A stretch of 63,815 bases of DNA, counting the filler, from Neolecta irregularis DAH-3 (taxonomy: Eukaryota): NCBI GenBank assembly GCA_001929475.1. It is 7 parts of 7 records of this genome, joined end to end, with 100 filler letters (N's around TTAATTAATTAA, not from the genome) between each part and the next. Parts side by side here need not be neighbours in the genome. Positions count along the whole stretch, not along the records: positions 1 to 26,776 come from LXFE01000330.1; 6 more parts are not named here. One strand, written 5' to 3'. Under the pieces are notes generated by a model. The model ran no database searches, was not told where the DNA came from, and was given only the letters and a program-made list of their open reading frames with translations. The position numbers and the translations under genes were made by a program. Shown in pieces: positions 1 through 15,106 of the stretch (positions are counted from its first letter, which is position 1; each line of letters begins with the position of its first letter).

Positions 1-847
1 AGTAGGGGAGTAAGAGGAAGCAAGCAGAGCCTTTTCCATGTCACTTTGATAAACGCGATAAATCCCAACAATCTAACATCATGGGCCGGGCTTTTTCCAT
101 AGTCCAGTCGATAGACTTTTGATGTACTGGATTAAGTCCATGGTCCATTCACAACACTGTGGAAGGATTAGTATGCCAGCCGCCTGCTGGAAAAATATGA
201 TCATGGGGGTTGGTAGTTTCATTCATGTGATGCTTCTTCAAAGGTCCCCTTTTGACTTTCTTGTATTGAATTTGTTGGCAGACCATTAGTGTTGCCTTTA
301 AATTTTGATCCCGATAGTGTTTGTTTCATTTGAATACGTTGGTTTGTTGTTCAACTGTGAATTGATTTGCAATTTGCTCAAAGTTGTACTCGCAAGATTT
401 GTCACGGATCACGTGATACGGTGACCAGGATGATAAGACATGAATTTTGTATGTGCAGCATACTTCACCAATGAAAGAAATGGCCAGATAGAAATCATTA
501 TATACTAGCAATTTTTGTTATTTAGTGAATATTGTATGACTTGCTTACTTGTTAGCAAGTCTGGTTAGGGTTATAGCATGGTATATTGTTTCAAAACTGG
601 TGGTAAGTATAAGTATATCTGCTTACTACATTTCTATTTCTATTACTCTATTATTATATTCTAATGTACTGCGTTGTTGTTCTTGACCTTAGGTTAACTA
701 ATGGTCTTACCATGAGGAGAATAATAACTGAAGAAAAGGCCAGATATAAATCAATTTATATTGTTTCGATCAAACGAGCGAATTGAATTTCCAGAAAAAA
801 TAACTTGAAAAGAAATAGGGCCGGTGCTCAGGTCAAAGAATAACCTC

Positions 848-1425
848 CTAGAAGTTTGTGAGATACCAATCTTTCTGGAGATACATCCAAATCAAAGTAC
901 ATGCTATCCAGTGTGAGTCTGTTGTCGTGAAATAGACTGCATACGGGCTATCAATATCGGACCGATCAATCCCGTACCTAAATTGGCCGATCGAAAGATT
1001 CGCCATTCTGATACAAAATGAGCAGTCGCTATGACAAAGGTCCACTGTGCCATGGTATAGACTCTAGAAAAATAAAAATAAAAAAAGAGATTGGACTACG
1101 TGGGACAATCGAGATTATATGCTGCAAATAGCCGTACAATCGCAGAGGTTATTGTCCATGTGCCAAACATCCGACTTGTAAGGGGTGTTACTAACTTCTT
1201 TATCCAAATGTCTCAATTGAAAAGAATACCTTGCTGGGGTTGATTCGTGAAGATTTTTTTCGTAAGGTCCTGTGTGAGGAAAGTTTGAACAGTATTCATC
1301 AAGCTGACAGTTCCAACCAATAACAACCATCTTGGCAGCCACCCAGAGGTATTGGGAATAAAATCTAGAAGAAATTCCGGGACGTCTAGCAGTATATCAG
1401 TTTGACCGACGTGTGATGAATACAT
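848..1425 (-). CDS. ERG28: Ergosterol biosynthesis scaffold protein Erg28 (4 exons)
   Basis: Spliced translation gives GWLPRWLLLVGTVSLMNTVQTF...VTPLQVRMFGTWTITSAIVRLFAAYN...AHFVSEWRIF...WMYLQKDWY, typical of Erg28; three short GT-AG introns. Confidence 0.9.
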
Positions 1426-1519
1426 TCAGTCATGATTGGTGAAACACAAATTTTATTTTGGTGGAGTTGACTGGCCAATTTCTCAACCTCAACTAAGCAC
1501 CGCCAATCTCATAGACAGT

Positions 1520-2313
1520 ATGACTAGCAGTATCAGCAATGATGTTTTAATTGAAGCGGACGATGATGATTTGGAATTACTACATGGACCAGAAGCTTTG
1601 ACTTCACCATCACCAAGTCCAGCAACTTTGCTAACGGAAAATCGAGCTACCAACAGGAGGTTTACCGGAGGGGATACATTGGATGAACCAGTTACGACGA
1701 CAATCGTACGTTCCATTTATTATGTAGAACTGAACAAGACCGAGAAAAGAGATGCGTTTGCAGTCGCCCATAAACTTCGTCAAGTCTTGTATCCTCTTCC
1801 ATCATCCACAGAGCAAGCCTTACGCGATTGGGATCTTTGGGGTCCTTTAATATTCTGTCTGTTCCTCTCATTGTGTCTCAGTTTTTCTGCACCGAAAAAT
1901 CAAAGCGTCCTTGTCTTCACAGGCATTTTTTCTTTAGTCTGGTTCGGAGAAGCCATTGTGACAATGAATATCAAGGTGCTCGGCGGGAAAGTGTACGCTA
2001 TCTACTACAGAAATAATTTGAACACTCAGGTCAATGTTCCAGTCGGTGAGCATTCTCGGATATGCGCTTGCTCCCTTAGTCGTAGCGAGTTTGATTGGGA
2101 TCTTTGTGAAAACTTGGGTTGTCATGTTGCCGCTTTCTCTAGGGATGTACGCTTGGTCTATCTATGGTATTCTTTCGCTTAGGCACTTTATCAATATTTT
2201 CAGGTTCGAGGATTGTCGTAACAAGCTCCGGGATGGATCGAAAAATCGGACTAGCGATGTACCCGCTGTTTTTGTTTTACGGTGTATTATCGTATATCAT
2301 CATATTGTCTTAG
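1520..2313 (+). CDS. Yip1-family Golgi membrane protein (Yip4/YIPF6-like), 4 exons
   Basis: DTLDEPV...LRDWDLWGPLIFCL...VTMNIKVLGGKVSMFQSVSILGYALAPL...LAMYPLFLFY motifs after removing three introns. Confidence 0.88.
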
Positions 2314-2491
2314 CGACGAAGCGAATATTTATTTTCTCTTCCAGAAACTCCGCGTCGTGGTACGGGATCATAAATATGGGAAATCAATCCATTCAGAATG
2401 AAAACTAAAAGTCTAATGTTGTTCCTGTGACGATCGCATTGATAGTGTGCCTGAGGAACCGAACTTGAAGAAAACTGAAATCATTGCATGA

Positions 2492-3886
<1,395 letters not shown>

Positions 3887-3978
3887 CTAGCTTTTAACCC
3901 CCATTCCACAGAATATACATAATACTGAAGAATAGAAAATAGAAAATAAACAGAACTTACCCAAGCTGGAGAAATATC

Positions 3979-4397
3979 TGTTAGCCAGGCGACCATACCT
4001 AATCCGAGAGAACCCCTTCGAGACCCGAGACCAATTCGAGGACCTAGTTCCCTCTTCTACGCTTCAGGATTCACCCTTCGGTGACTTGGCTGACTAAAAG
4101 CTAGAGGAGACCTGTGTGAGTGAGGAAAGGGCAGGGCTAACTGTAAAATCTGAGGAAATAAGACCAGGTTGTATTCTAATCCAAGTTATGAGAACTTCAT
4201 ATAGCCATGCCTAGTCTAGGTATTACTGTTTCCTTCTTTTATATATTACTTGTCTTCTAATTGCGGTAATATTATTCCAAGCCACTTACCGTGTCGGTAA
4301 GATCTAGATTCTACATGGGTGTATCTTTACAGATAACCAATAGACACGGCTGAGTAACGATAGGTCCTTCAAGGTTCTATGAGGGTTTGAGATAACA
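3979..4397. mobile_element. Possible solo LTR
   Basis: About 420-bp intergenic block bounded by TGTTA...TAACA; no target-site duplication seen. Confidence 0.3.
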
Positions 4398-4467
4398 TGG
4401 ATGTTAATACCAGTTGATGTTTTTGAGAAGAATATGATTTTCTTCGCGACAGACTCCTTTGATCACT

Positions 4468-5234
4468 ATGTCCCTCAAACTGCCTATCGAGCTACTTCCG
4501 CTCATTCTAGGATACTGCTCTTCAAGAGATCTATCAAGTTTTCTCACAATTAACAGGACATTCTTTTTTATCATTACAAGAATACTAAGAAAGCGGTTAC
4601 AAGACCAGCTATACCGAGGCTATGAGTTAATTGTACGTCTCAGTCTCCAAGATAGGCTAATTATAGTTTGAGGCATATCAACCCTCAGAGAAGAATACTC
4701 TTCCTTATCTGTCTTCACATTTCGACCATGAGATATACCCGTATTGTACGTTTCAAGTTGGCGGCGATGCTGGATATTCCTTTACTATGGAGTATGAGGG
4801 TTTCGTGCAAATCATAGTACAGGTAAACGTCATCCGTCAAGTCCAACGGGGTGATACGAATTATCTGTCGGCCGTGATCCCTGTGCTTGAAGGCATTCAC
4901 TCATTCAAAGGATATCGCTGAAGTGTTAGAAATAATCCGACTCTATCGAAATTCGTTAGACGAGAAAAAGCATGACAACGAAATCGTCAATAGGCTCGGA
5001 AGTATAGCAATGCTGAAAAGCTCTTTTATGGCGAGGACAGAGAGAGGTGTTCTACTTGCTCATCACTCTGAAATCCCGGTGGAATATGAAATTCGCTATC
5101 AACAAATATTTTTGAACACGGGGTGCGGTTTCTACTTCCATTCACTGCTGATATCCAGCTTTCTACTGGCGAAAATCGAAGAAGCTGAAATCGTGCAATT
5201 AACAGCATCTGCACCACTAGTCGTCGCAGTATAG
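4468..5234 (+). CDS. F-box domain protein (multi-exon)
   Basis: N-terminal LKLPIELLPLILGYCSSRDLSSFLTINRTF is an F-box; downstream exons reach the stop at 5234. Internal exon boundaries uncertain. Confidence 0.65.
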
Positions 5235-5259
5235 CAACGCCTAGTATGGTATTTACATT

Positions 5260-5778
5260 CTAAGAATGTTTAAGCCTTTCAACAATCGACCGTTTGCTGA
5301 CAACCCCCATCTTTAACTCCTCTTTCAAGACTTCAAAAGCATTTTTGATATCCGTAATTCCTTGAAGTTTGGCATTCAAGTCATCTGCACTGATTGGTTT
5401 CGGGCAATAGCTCTTCAGTATTTCCGCCTCTTCCTCTTCATTCTGAGCTAAATCCTGCCTTCCATGTAGTCGAAATTCGTTGGCTGAATCTAGATGTTTC
5501 TTCATGGAAGATTGTAACAGGTGGATTATCTCGGCTGTCGTAGTAATTGGTTTAGGCGAGTGGGTGGAATATGTTATATCTGATATCACAGTCTATTACT
5601 TTAATCGAATAAGACTAAAGAATAGAGATACTTTTAACACATTGAGTTTCTGTTTATCTTTTTGTTTCATCGAGGTTTTTATATCTTGGCGGATTTGAAG
5701 GAGAACCGTGGGAGTCTGAGATACTGATGTTGAATTGAACCGTAGGCATTTATGAAATATTAACCTCTTTCGAAACAT
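5260..5778 (-). CDS. AIM41: YqeY/GatB-like mitochondrial protein (Aim41-like)
   Basis: Mitochondrial-type leader, then LLQIRQDIKTSMKQKDKQKLNVLK / ...DSANEFRLHGRQDLAQNEEEEAEILKSYCP; one intron. Confidence 0.8.
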
Positions 5779-6522
5779 TCTTGATAATGAGTGATATTCG
5801 GGGAGGTTGGCGCGACGAAGAAAAATTTGGTGTTACAAAAAACCCATGGGCTTCGGCCAATCCACATGTTCACAACATTGGGCAGCTGGTCTCACTCTCA
5901 ATATTTAGTTCACAATTGCCTATCGTCACACACATCTAGTGTCCGGATACGTCAACAATATCCGTTTACAAGTATCCCCATATAGCCTTGTAAGTATATA
6001 AAGGGCTACAAACGAAATGGTAAATTGAAAATACATGTTTACCACTGGAATGCAACTAACTCTGGCAAGGGTTAGCAAGGAATGTTATGGACTTGTTTGT
6101 GTATTGACAATATCAGCCGGCCGTCACGTACCCGACCGACGACACCTACCCACCGAAGTGGGTGGATATCAGAACCACCGGGTGGCAACCACCAACAATG
6201 ATTTTATTATTCATATTTCAAGTATTTGTCGCATATTCAGTTATTCTAATACAACTTCATTGATAAACTCCGTTTTGTAGACCGATATGAAGATATATAT
6301 TGTTAACAGTACATATCTCTGGTGGGTGGATTACTAATCCACCCGGTGGCCCATCGGGTGGTTTGGCCACACTGGGTACAGTTTGGTTTTGCTTATCGTC
6401 GTCACCTCTACCTAATTTCTGGATTCCTCAATAGCACCCCCTTACATAAACGTTTCCTAATCAAAATTTACCTTTTCTCTCCTTGAAATAGTTTTGCTTA
6501 CATATGGCCTTCATGTTTGAAC

Positions 6523-6661
6523 TAAGCTCAGCGCCGATTTAACCGACACCCCCCTAAACCCGACACAATATCCTAAACCCGATACAATATAATTATATAA
6601 TAAGAATTCCATATGTTGTGTCGGGTTTAGCGGGGTGTCGGTTAAATCGGCGCTGAGCTTA
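6523..6661. mobile_element. MITE-like inverted-repeat element with TA ends
   Basis: TAAGCTCAGCGCCGATTTAACCGACACCCC...GGGGTGTCGGTTAAATCGGCGCTGAGCTTA: about 46-bp near-perfect terminal inverted repeats around a short AT-rich spacer. Confidence 0.75.
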
Positions 6662-7249
6662 TGTCAGGAATGTTTGCGTAAGTGAACTACCAAATCATTG
6701 ACTGGCTGTATTTCACTAAACTGTCAAGCTCTATTTAATTCAATTCCTGTACAATAAATAGGTTCTTCTGAGTGGGTTAGGGATAAGGCAACAGATGATT
6801 TAGTCCCTATGCCTAGCAAATATTATTATTAGAGACATTGCTAAAAATATAGATGGAAGCATTCCACAACTAGGCTAAGGTGATGACTGATGAGAACGAG
6901 AGCTGCAATAGATTTGAGGACAAAAACCATGGTAAGATAAACTCTGAATATATCCTCCTTTGTAGTATGGCGCGAGCGGATTTTTGATTCTGAATGTAGA
7001 GATTTGTTCATTGGCACCTCCTGGCATATGTGCCACCTTTCTAAATCATCTCGGCATGAAGATCCCGAAGTCCCATCACAACCCATATCGCTCGAATTGC
7101 CACTGAAATGTCTCTTTTCTTGTTCATGACTCCTGTAAGTTCACAGCAGCTGGCGAAACGGCTGAGCAGAAATTACACGCTTTGTGAGTGTTGAGCAGTA
7201 CGCGATTTAGGCTAAAGCTTGAAGCAAATCCAGGTCCCTCCTCCATCGC

Positions 7250-7565
7250 TATGGCAGTTGCACTTCCACTAATCATTGTTTTTGGAGGATTGTTGGGCAT
7301 GATAATTATAATGATAACAACACGAACGCACCGGAAAATTGATTTCTCGAAGTCGGACAAGGGGTTTGTCGTAGAGTTAAATGTAACTCTGATCGGCAGG
7401 ATGCTTCCCAAACGAAAGACTCGGGGTGAACGAATCAGGACCATTAACAGCGATGAGATCAAACTCAAAGATTGGAGCTCATCTGAAAATGTTTATTTAT
7501 CGAACCCGGCGCTGATCAATGTTGTTCATGCGAACCTGGCATTAAGAGAGCTTGAGAGCGACTAA
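7250..7565 (+). CDS. Hypothetical small single-pass membrane protein
   Basis: MAVALPLIIVFGGLLGMIIIMITTRTHRK: hydrophobic segment followed by basic residues; no family recognised. Confidence 0.3.
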
Positions 7566-7800
7566 ATTTTACTGTACAAGGTGTTTTGACCAGATTACAC
7601 CGATCCCGAAGAATGTTATAATTCTGGGACCATCTCCTGTTTGTTTGAATATTATGGATAGATAGGTGTAATGGTGAGCAAATATCAATTATAATTAGAT
7701 GGAAGCCCAAGATGCTATAGCCTAACTTATGCTGTTTCTCAACTGAGGATTTGTTTATCTTAACATTTCTAGATTGCTAAAGAAGCCATAAATCATTCCT

Positions 7801-9521
7801 TTATCGACGAATCGCCTGGGTTCCCGCCCAGAAGATCAAGGGAACCATTATGTTGTCATTTTGTTCGGAGATACCTTCGTATATTCCTAAGGATGAGTAA
7901 ATGGGCAAAGACGAGGAGATACCTGTTAAAACTACAACCATAACATATTTCCAGAAAGCTGATCCCAAAGTTGTCCACTGCATAGCAACAACAAGCCAAC
8001 TCCCTAGAAGAACAAAGAGGATAAAAGCAAAAGTACCTTCAGCGGTTTTCTTCGTTAGAAACCACTTTCTCCTTCCAAATAATTTGCCGAAAATACTGGC
8101 CATTGAATCACCTAAACCCAAACTAAGTATCCCGACATAACCATCGATCTCAAAATCCTGTTTCGAGTACATTGATAGAAATATTGGTAAAGAGCACCCT
8201 AGGAGGAGATATATATGTGAAATTATTAGAGGTCCGCGATGGTCCCTTTCGTCTGTGAAGTGTTGAAGAAAAATATTTAGTCGCTCAGAGAACGGTAGGA
8301 GATGAGTAATCCGTAACAGTTCTGTGAATACGAACACAAAGAGCGCTAGTGAAAGGGCGAGGAATGTGAATGGTTTCTTGCATGTTAGAAGTATGTGAGG
8401 AGGAGATTAGTACATCCACAGAGATGGTGGGCAGAAAGAGCACAGTGACGAGCAGATGGAATGATTTCCTACGAAGATTGAGAATGGACGAGGTACAGCT
8501 AGATTCTGGGAGAAAGAATTTATCAACCATGAAGACCGTTCCTAAAATTAGGGCAGTCCAATATGCGAGGATCGAGAGTCGCGTATTGCATCCTGGATCT
8601 TTGAACATGTAGAAAATCATCCATAATATGGGGTCGCTATTGAGATGATTTGCGATCCAGGGGCGAAGAAAAACGAGAATGTTGAAAGCGAAAATCCCAT
8701 AAACTAGTATTGCGCACTTCCACCGTTCATACAGATGCTCGCTCTTCGCATTTTTTGACTTCCGAAGGAAAGGGGTTGAAGGAAAAATACAAAACAATGC
8801 GCCAAATGTAAAAGCAACAAGAAATAGTTCTTGAGGAGATGAAATATTATGTCGTAAGAGGAAAACGGAAGCTATAGTCGCGAGAAATTCCTCCTCCAGA
8901 GTGAGAGATGCTCCAGTCAGAGAATCAACAATATCAAGGACGCAAACGAAAAGGTTTGCAGGTTCCCATGATATCCAATATAGGAGATTTGCTGGAGAAC
9001 TCGGTAGATGGGTCAAGCGTTCGAGTACGAGCAAAAAGAATATAACGAGATCGCAGGTACGATATTCGGGTTGTGAGAATGCGGCGACAATAAGTTCTGG
9101 AAATAGGGCAATATAGAGTATGATGGTGCCGTAGCGCCTGTGACTACTATCAGGTTTAAATGGTAAATAGAGAGCCTAATATACGGGATGAATAACTGGT
9201 ATAAAGATCCCAGCGTCCAAATAGTGATACCAGATATATCTATGATCTATTCAGATCATATGATTGAGAATCCAGCCTGATACCTCTTGGAAATTGAAAT
9301 CCAAGGACAGACCTCAGAACGAACAAGGTCAATGCCTCGGTAAAGCTTCTTAAAGTATGATTATTCCATGATAAAATTTTCCTAGAATCTGTCGTTTCAG
9401 AATCATTAACTCTCTTTGACCAAGATATTCCGAACTCGAGGTGGCATCTGGTGATGGGAGACTCGTTTGAAGGTATTGTTGGTACGATCAAATGGGACGA
9501 ACTGGGTGGAGGTTTGGACAT
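7801..9521 (-). CDS. SEC59: Dolichol kinase (multi-exon)
   Basis: LNLRRKSFHLLV, FTDERDHRGPLIISHIYLLLGC, LGLGDSMASIFGKLFGRRKW..TKKTAEGT, QNDNIMVP. 5' exon boundaries approximate. Confidence 0.92.
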
Positions 9522-10093
9522 CAATACTATATAAGTATCAGCAGGCTAGCATTTTAATTTTGATCGAATTTTCCCGAAATATTGCTAAAACCTCTTCTTC
9601 ATATGATCAATAATCTTTTCACCCTCAAATGATTTCCTTTCTTCCGAGCTGAGATAAGACTGCAGGTCCCTTGCCTGATTTTTACTGGGAAAGGTATGAA
9701 TATTAGAGCGATAAAAAGATGTTCTCAAATGTCAGACCAAAGCCTTTTATCCGATTAAATTAACAGAGTTCTAAATTCCAGACATTTTTGTCGAGGTTAC
9801 ACGGTATCTAAAAGAATCTGATCCACTGACGATACACAACCTTATTTTTAAACTTTTCTCATATGTACAATGGCTTCCCCTTATGGATCAGGATGTTGCG
9901 AATGAACTTCTTCCGTATTCCCTGCACCATGTTCGAGCTGTTAGTCGAGATTTTAAATGTATGCAATTTTCAAAGACCTTTATCTAGAATAGTTGTAGAA
10001 GAAAAAATGGGTTGAGGATATTGTGATTCATTGTACTGTCCACATGATAAGGCTCGCTAGCGCCGGCTTGGCGTATTCTTCATTCAAACTCTT

Positions 10094-11529
10094 ATGGTTA
10101 CCTCGCCATTACCACCAAAGCAACTTTTCTTCGGACGCATTGCTTATACACTATCTTCCAGAGAGCTTTTCATCCACAAGAGGGCTGCTATTGGTGTTGA
10201 CGGGTTTGGAATTATCGCCTTTTTGGACGATACTGTTTCATCAGCTGAAGAGGCCGCTGAAAAATACCAATTCCAAGATGCCGACGTAGATTTATCGTCC
10301 ATAGCCCATCTAATAGATAGGTAACGCTCCTATCCACCTCGCAATTTCTTTTTCCAGGGCTTATTGATACCCATATACATGCATCTCAATATCCCAATTG
10401 TGGTATAGGAATGGATCTTCCTCTCCTCGACTGGCTATATAAATATACTTTTCCTCTTGAATCATCTTTCTCGAATCTTGAATTCGCGAGAGATGTCTAT
10501 ACTACTGTTGTTAAAACGACCTTGAAGCATGGGACAACGACCGCTGCGTATTTCGCCACGTTGCATCTGGAGGCCACAAATCTACTAAGCGAAATTTGCT
10601 GGAAATTAGGACAAAGGGCGTTCATTGGCAAGGTACATTGGTTGTCCAATGCGAAAGCTGATGATCAAAAGGTTTGTATGACTACACTAGCGCCGAATTA
10701 TTATCTCGAAAAATCGGAAGAGGAATCACTTTCTTCGACAAGACAAAGCATCGAATATATACGCAAAATCGATCCTCAATTCTCGCGCATATCACCAATA
10801 ATAACACCCCGGTTTGCACCAAGTTGTACGGCAAGCCTTCTTCTTGAACTAGGCAATCTCGCGGAAAAAGAATGTCTTCCTATTCAAACACATCTTGCAG
10901 AGAACAAAAGAGAGACCGAATTGGTGAAATCTCTGTATCCAGAAAGTTCGAGCTATACAGATGTTTACGACAAGGCTAATATATTAACAAAAAGAACAAT
11001 CTTAGCTCATGCTATTCACCTGGATATTGAAGAACGAGATCTAATCGCCAAGAGGGGAAGTGGGGTCTCTCATTGTCCTGCTAGTAATTGTGCTATATCA
11101 AGTGGTATTGCACGAGTAAAATGGCTGTTAGAGGTACCTTTGCTCAAGCCAAGCAGCTGTTGACTTTCAAAGGGTGGAGTTAAAGTTGGTCTCGGAACAG
11201 ATTGTAGCGGTGGCTACTCCCCATCTGTTCTTGACGCGGCAAGACAAGCAAGCCAAGTCTCAAGGCTTCTACCAGATCCTTCAAAGTCCAGGCTTTCGCT
11301 GGCAGAACTTTTGTTTCTTGCCACGCTCGGTGGGGCTCAAGTCTGTGGCATTGCAGACAGAGCTGGAAGCTTTGAACCTGGGAAATGCTGGGATGCGATC
11401 TTGGTTGATATCGGGGAAATGGACTACTGGGACGATTCTTCTATTTTGCAAAAGTGGGTTTTTGGCGGTGATGATAGACATATCAAAAAGGTATGGGTTG
11501 ATGGCAAGTTAGTGCACGAGAATTTATAA
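10094..11529 (+). CDS. GUD1: Guanine deaminase (4 exons)
   Basis: PGLIDTHIHASQYPN, LLDWLYKYTFPLE, ITPRFAPSC, QTHLAEN, HCPASN, VGLGTDCSGG, GDDRHIKKVWVDG. Confidence 0.95.
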
Positions 11530-11637
11530 GCGTCGAATATAGATAGACTTTGGCTGCAGAATAGACTTCAGGGTAATGAATCTGTATTCTCAGTCCTGTG
11601 TGGAGAACACTGGTTGGTGAACCTTGATGTTTACTTT

Positions 11638-12321
11638 ATGCCATACTCAGTTGAAATCCCCTCCACCGATTCAGTTGTTCTCCAAGCACGCATATATTCA
11701 CCGGGACCAGCCTCAAATCGCCTAGCAATCATTGCGCATCCATGGTCGAAGTTGGGAGGCTCTCAGGACGACCATGTCGTGGTTTTCCTGGCCCGTTGTT
11801 CCTATGATAAATGCGGCTTCAGTTAACTGTCAGGTACATTAGAAGAATTCGGAATTGCGGCGTGTACCTTCAACTTTCGTGGTGTAGGCAAGAGTTCGGG
11901 AAAATCAACATTTAATGCAAGAGGGGAACAAGAAGATTATCAGGCAGTTATACGACACTTTGAGCAACGTTTCAGAAAGATAGCTATTTGCGCACGTTTG
12001 CTTCACACTCACATCTGATAGATCTAGGGATATTCTTACGGAGCATTGATAGCCTCATCAATTCCCGGCAATTGTCATGTTCTCATGTCAAAACCACATT
12101 GGTTGACAGCAAAGTCCTTGGTGTTTGGACAAACATTAAGGGATGTTGTTGACGATGAGCGATCCTTGAGGATCTATGGAGGAAGCGACTGGATTTGCGA
12201 GAAAAAGGGGTGTCAAATCCAAGGCGGCGATCATTTCTGGAGTACAGGACTGGAAGAAGTAAGAGAAATCTTGAAGGCGTGGACTATCAAGCTGTTTAAC
12301 AATAATGAATCTTCGACTTGA
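11638..12321 (+). CDS. Alpha/beta-hydrolase family protein (3 exons)
   Basis: IIAHPWSKLGGSQDDHVV, FNFRGVGKSSG, nucleophile elbow GYSYG, GGDHFW. Confidence 0.85.
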
Positions 12322-12446
12322 GATTTCCTGTACATTATTTAATATGACGTCATATTAGGGGTATGCAATCAAAGCAAGCATGATTTCTCAGTCGACCAAT
12401 CACCATTTGTCAATCCCGCATATCTTGTCCTACTTATCCTCTCTTT

Positions 12447-12704
12447 ATGTCTCCAAAACTCCCTGAAACCATCAAAAACAGCCTCATTGCCCAACGAGAT
12501 AAAATCCTCGGCGTAGCGCTGGAACCAGAAGAACGTAAGAAGCTCTCGTTACAAGAAAAGTTGGATCTAGCCATTCGCAGGATTCTCTCGGGAGTTGTTC
12601 CTATGGATGAATTAGTTCCAGAATCGGGGGATGCTCAGAAACAGGCTGTTGTAGAGATGTTGAAAAACTGGAAAAGTTTGGCTGTTGATGAGGAGTTGGA
12701 ATGA
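12447..12704 (+). CDS. Hypothetical 85-aa protein
   Basis: Clean ATG-to-stop ORF with protein-like composition; no family recognised. Confidence 0.45.
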   Translation: MSPKLPETIKNSLIAQRDKILGVALEPEERKKLSLQEKLDLAIRRILSGVVPMDELVPESGDAQKQAVVEMLKNWKSLAVDEELE

Positions 12705-13070
12705 TCGATTCAAATATTCGATATTCGGGCCTGGGTATTTGCATGCGTTAGACGGGACATGCGGGGTTTTTTTCGAGGTGTTCTCTCATGCTTTTGTCGT
12801 ACTGGTCGCATCGTTAGATACATTTGTTCAATTGCTGAACGAATATGCTTTCAAATAGACAACGGAACGACTATTGTGTCCATAGACGTTAAGACCCCAG
12901 ATCGGCAATTGTCCTCTGGCCGCATAAGCCAACCATATGGATTAAAATATTTCTTTCATGGCACTACCGTTGAGAGCGAATCTGTCCAGAAGAGGAATAT
13001 AAGAATTCTGATGTGAAGCTTGAATTTTAGTCAAATGTCTGGAAGTATAAGTGAAACGGATCATTCCTGC

Positions 13071-13387
13071 TGATAACAAGGGCCTTTAGACCAGCGAGAA
13101 TAACTGCTGATCAGGTAAGGATATATACCCTTTGGGTATATCGTACCAATACGGCAAGGTGGCTTGACGGGGAGTATATAGATATTCCTAGCCAAGTACG
13201 AATACTTAGGCTAGGCATGTCCCTTTGTAAGAAGTACGAATACATTAGGCTAGTTGTTATAACACTTGGTCTTATCGTACTTCTAAGCGCATAGCTTACA
13301 GATCACTACCGAAACATCCAGCCTTAACATCTTGCCTCGTAATTTTCAGCTACGCTAAACGAATCGGCCTGTCTAGGCCTTTTATCA
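13071..13387. mobile_element. Solo-LTR-like repeat
   Basis: 317 bp with TGATAA...TTATCA inverted termini; 13216-13337 recurs almost identically at 26655-26776. Confidence 0.65.
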
Positions 13388-13537
13388 CCGTGTTTCCATT
13401 TTGAATATTCTAGTCGGGTCACAACACCAACAATGGCTTAAGACATGTGAAAAAATCAATTGGATCAGATATTCTGCATTGATTTTCCTGGTCATTTCTG
13501 TGGCAAAGAGTAAATCTTTCCATTGGCTCATAGTAAT

Positions 13538-14560
13538 ATGCCAGCAAGACGTTTTCGCAATGATGGAAAAGTGCCGAATAATTCGTTCAAACAGCCTAGG
13601 CCCATCTATCGTTTCCCACTTGCAGAGCTTAGTGCAAATTTCTATTCGCTTAGTCAAGAGCTACATGATTTCTTGAGTATATCTATAAAACTTCCGTTCC
13701 TCGCATGCAAGCCAGTACCCGCATTATGTCGTCTTCTCGAGTCGAACAATTAAGATCGAAATACCAAGAAATGAACGAATGCATTCGACCTATGACAAAG
13801 ACTCTAGCTATTATCTCGTTTTTGTTCGTTGATGTAGACAAGCTTGCGCTGGAAGAGTGTTTCGAGGTGTTAATCAAGTCTGTCGGACTGGGTTATGTTA
13901 CGCCCCGCGAACTCGTACACGCCCAGATGAGTCAAAGAGAAATTTTGAACTTTCTGGGCAGGGGATTACGGGCTGTTACATTGATTAGAGAAGAACTGGA
14001 ACTACTGGGAGAGTTGGTGGTATCTTTCGTTCTTAGCTGTGACAATTACTAATTTGAAATAGTGATATCCTTTTCTCTTTCACTTTTTGTTGACTTGATC
14101 TACTTCGCAAATCTCATCTGGGGGGGTATTATCGTGTCTTGTATATTCTCGATAGACTCGGGAAAATTTCGTCATTTTCAAATATCCGAGGTTCTATATC
14201 CTGATAGTCTCTTTTGGGCTAGAGAGATAGATTTACTAAAAAGGTGATTGATTTACATAATTGCACTACGCTACACCGAATTACCAACTGGTTTCTTTAC
14301 CAACTGGTTTCTTTGATGGTGGAGCGAGCTTTCGGTTTACCGATAGTATCCTTCAGCCTAACCTGTTTCGTGTGAAGACTTCGATAGAATGGTTCTTATA
14401 CTCGCTGGTTTCTACGAAGTCGAGAATACTGAGTTTCATTTAGTCGCAATCCCAACGGATTGCTAAGGACAGCATCAATTGATCCGACCATCTTGCCTGT
14501 TACTAATCTCTCTATCATAACATTCTTTCTACCACACCAGCATGCGATCAAGATGTCTTG
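13538..14560 (+). CDS. Hypothetical multi-exon protein
   Basis: Successive protein-like frames (13523-13753, 13705-14052, 14261-14443) can be joined by short introns; no family recognised; ends approximate. Confidence 0.3.
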
Positions 14561-15106
14561 ACGACTTCACTACCATACTCAACCCCGCCATGTTAAATTC
14601 CAGGAAAGGAGTTTTCCGAATCAAAAAGAGGGACTTCCCAGAAAGATAAGACTTATTAAAATACCAAGAAAGGAGATATATGATCATTACGCTATAGCCT
14701 TCCATGATTTATTGTGAACATATTATGTTATGCGGGTTGAACTGAGTACTTGGAAGGTAAATATTGCGAGGCTTTTCAATGAAGCATTAATAAGAGTACC
14801 GGGATACTTCAGGATTCTAGGAGAAAGTAACAGTTAAAGTTCTTCCTGGTTTTCAGTCCAGCTTATATAATATACAAATAGCTATGTCAAAGCTAGGATT
14901 GTCGCATATCTTCACTCGCAGAACAAAGTCTGTATTGAGCAGCGCAATAATCAGACTGGTTGATGTGTGATCCTGTAATATCTGTGGGACTGGCCATAAG
15001 GAAGACGTAATGATTATGATGTATTAAAACAAATGCATACATAATCTTTTCAATAGTCACCACAAATTCGGCATCGAAATACATTTCTGTCAGACCACAG
15101 AGCTTC

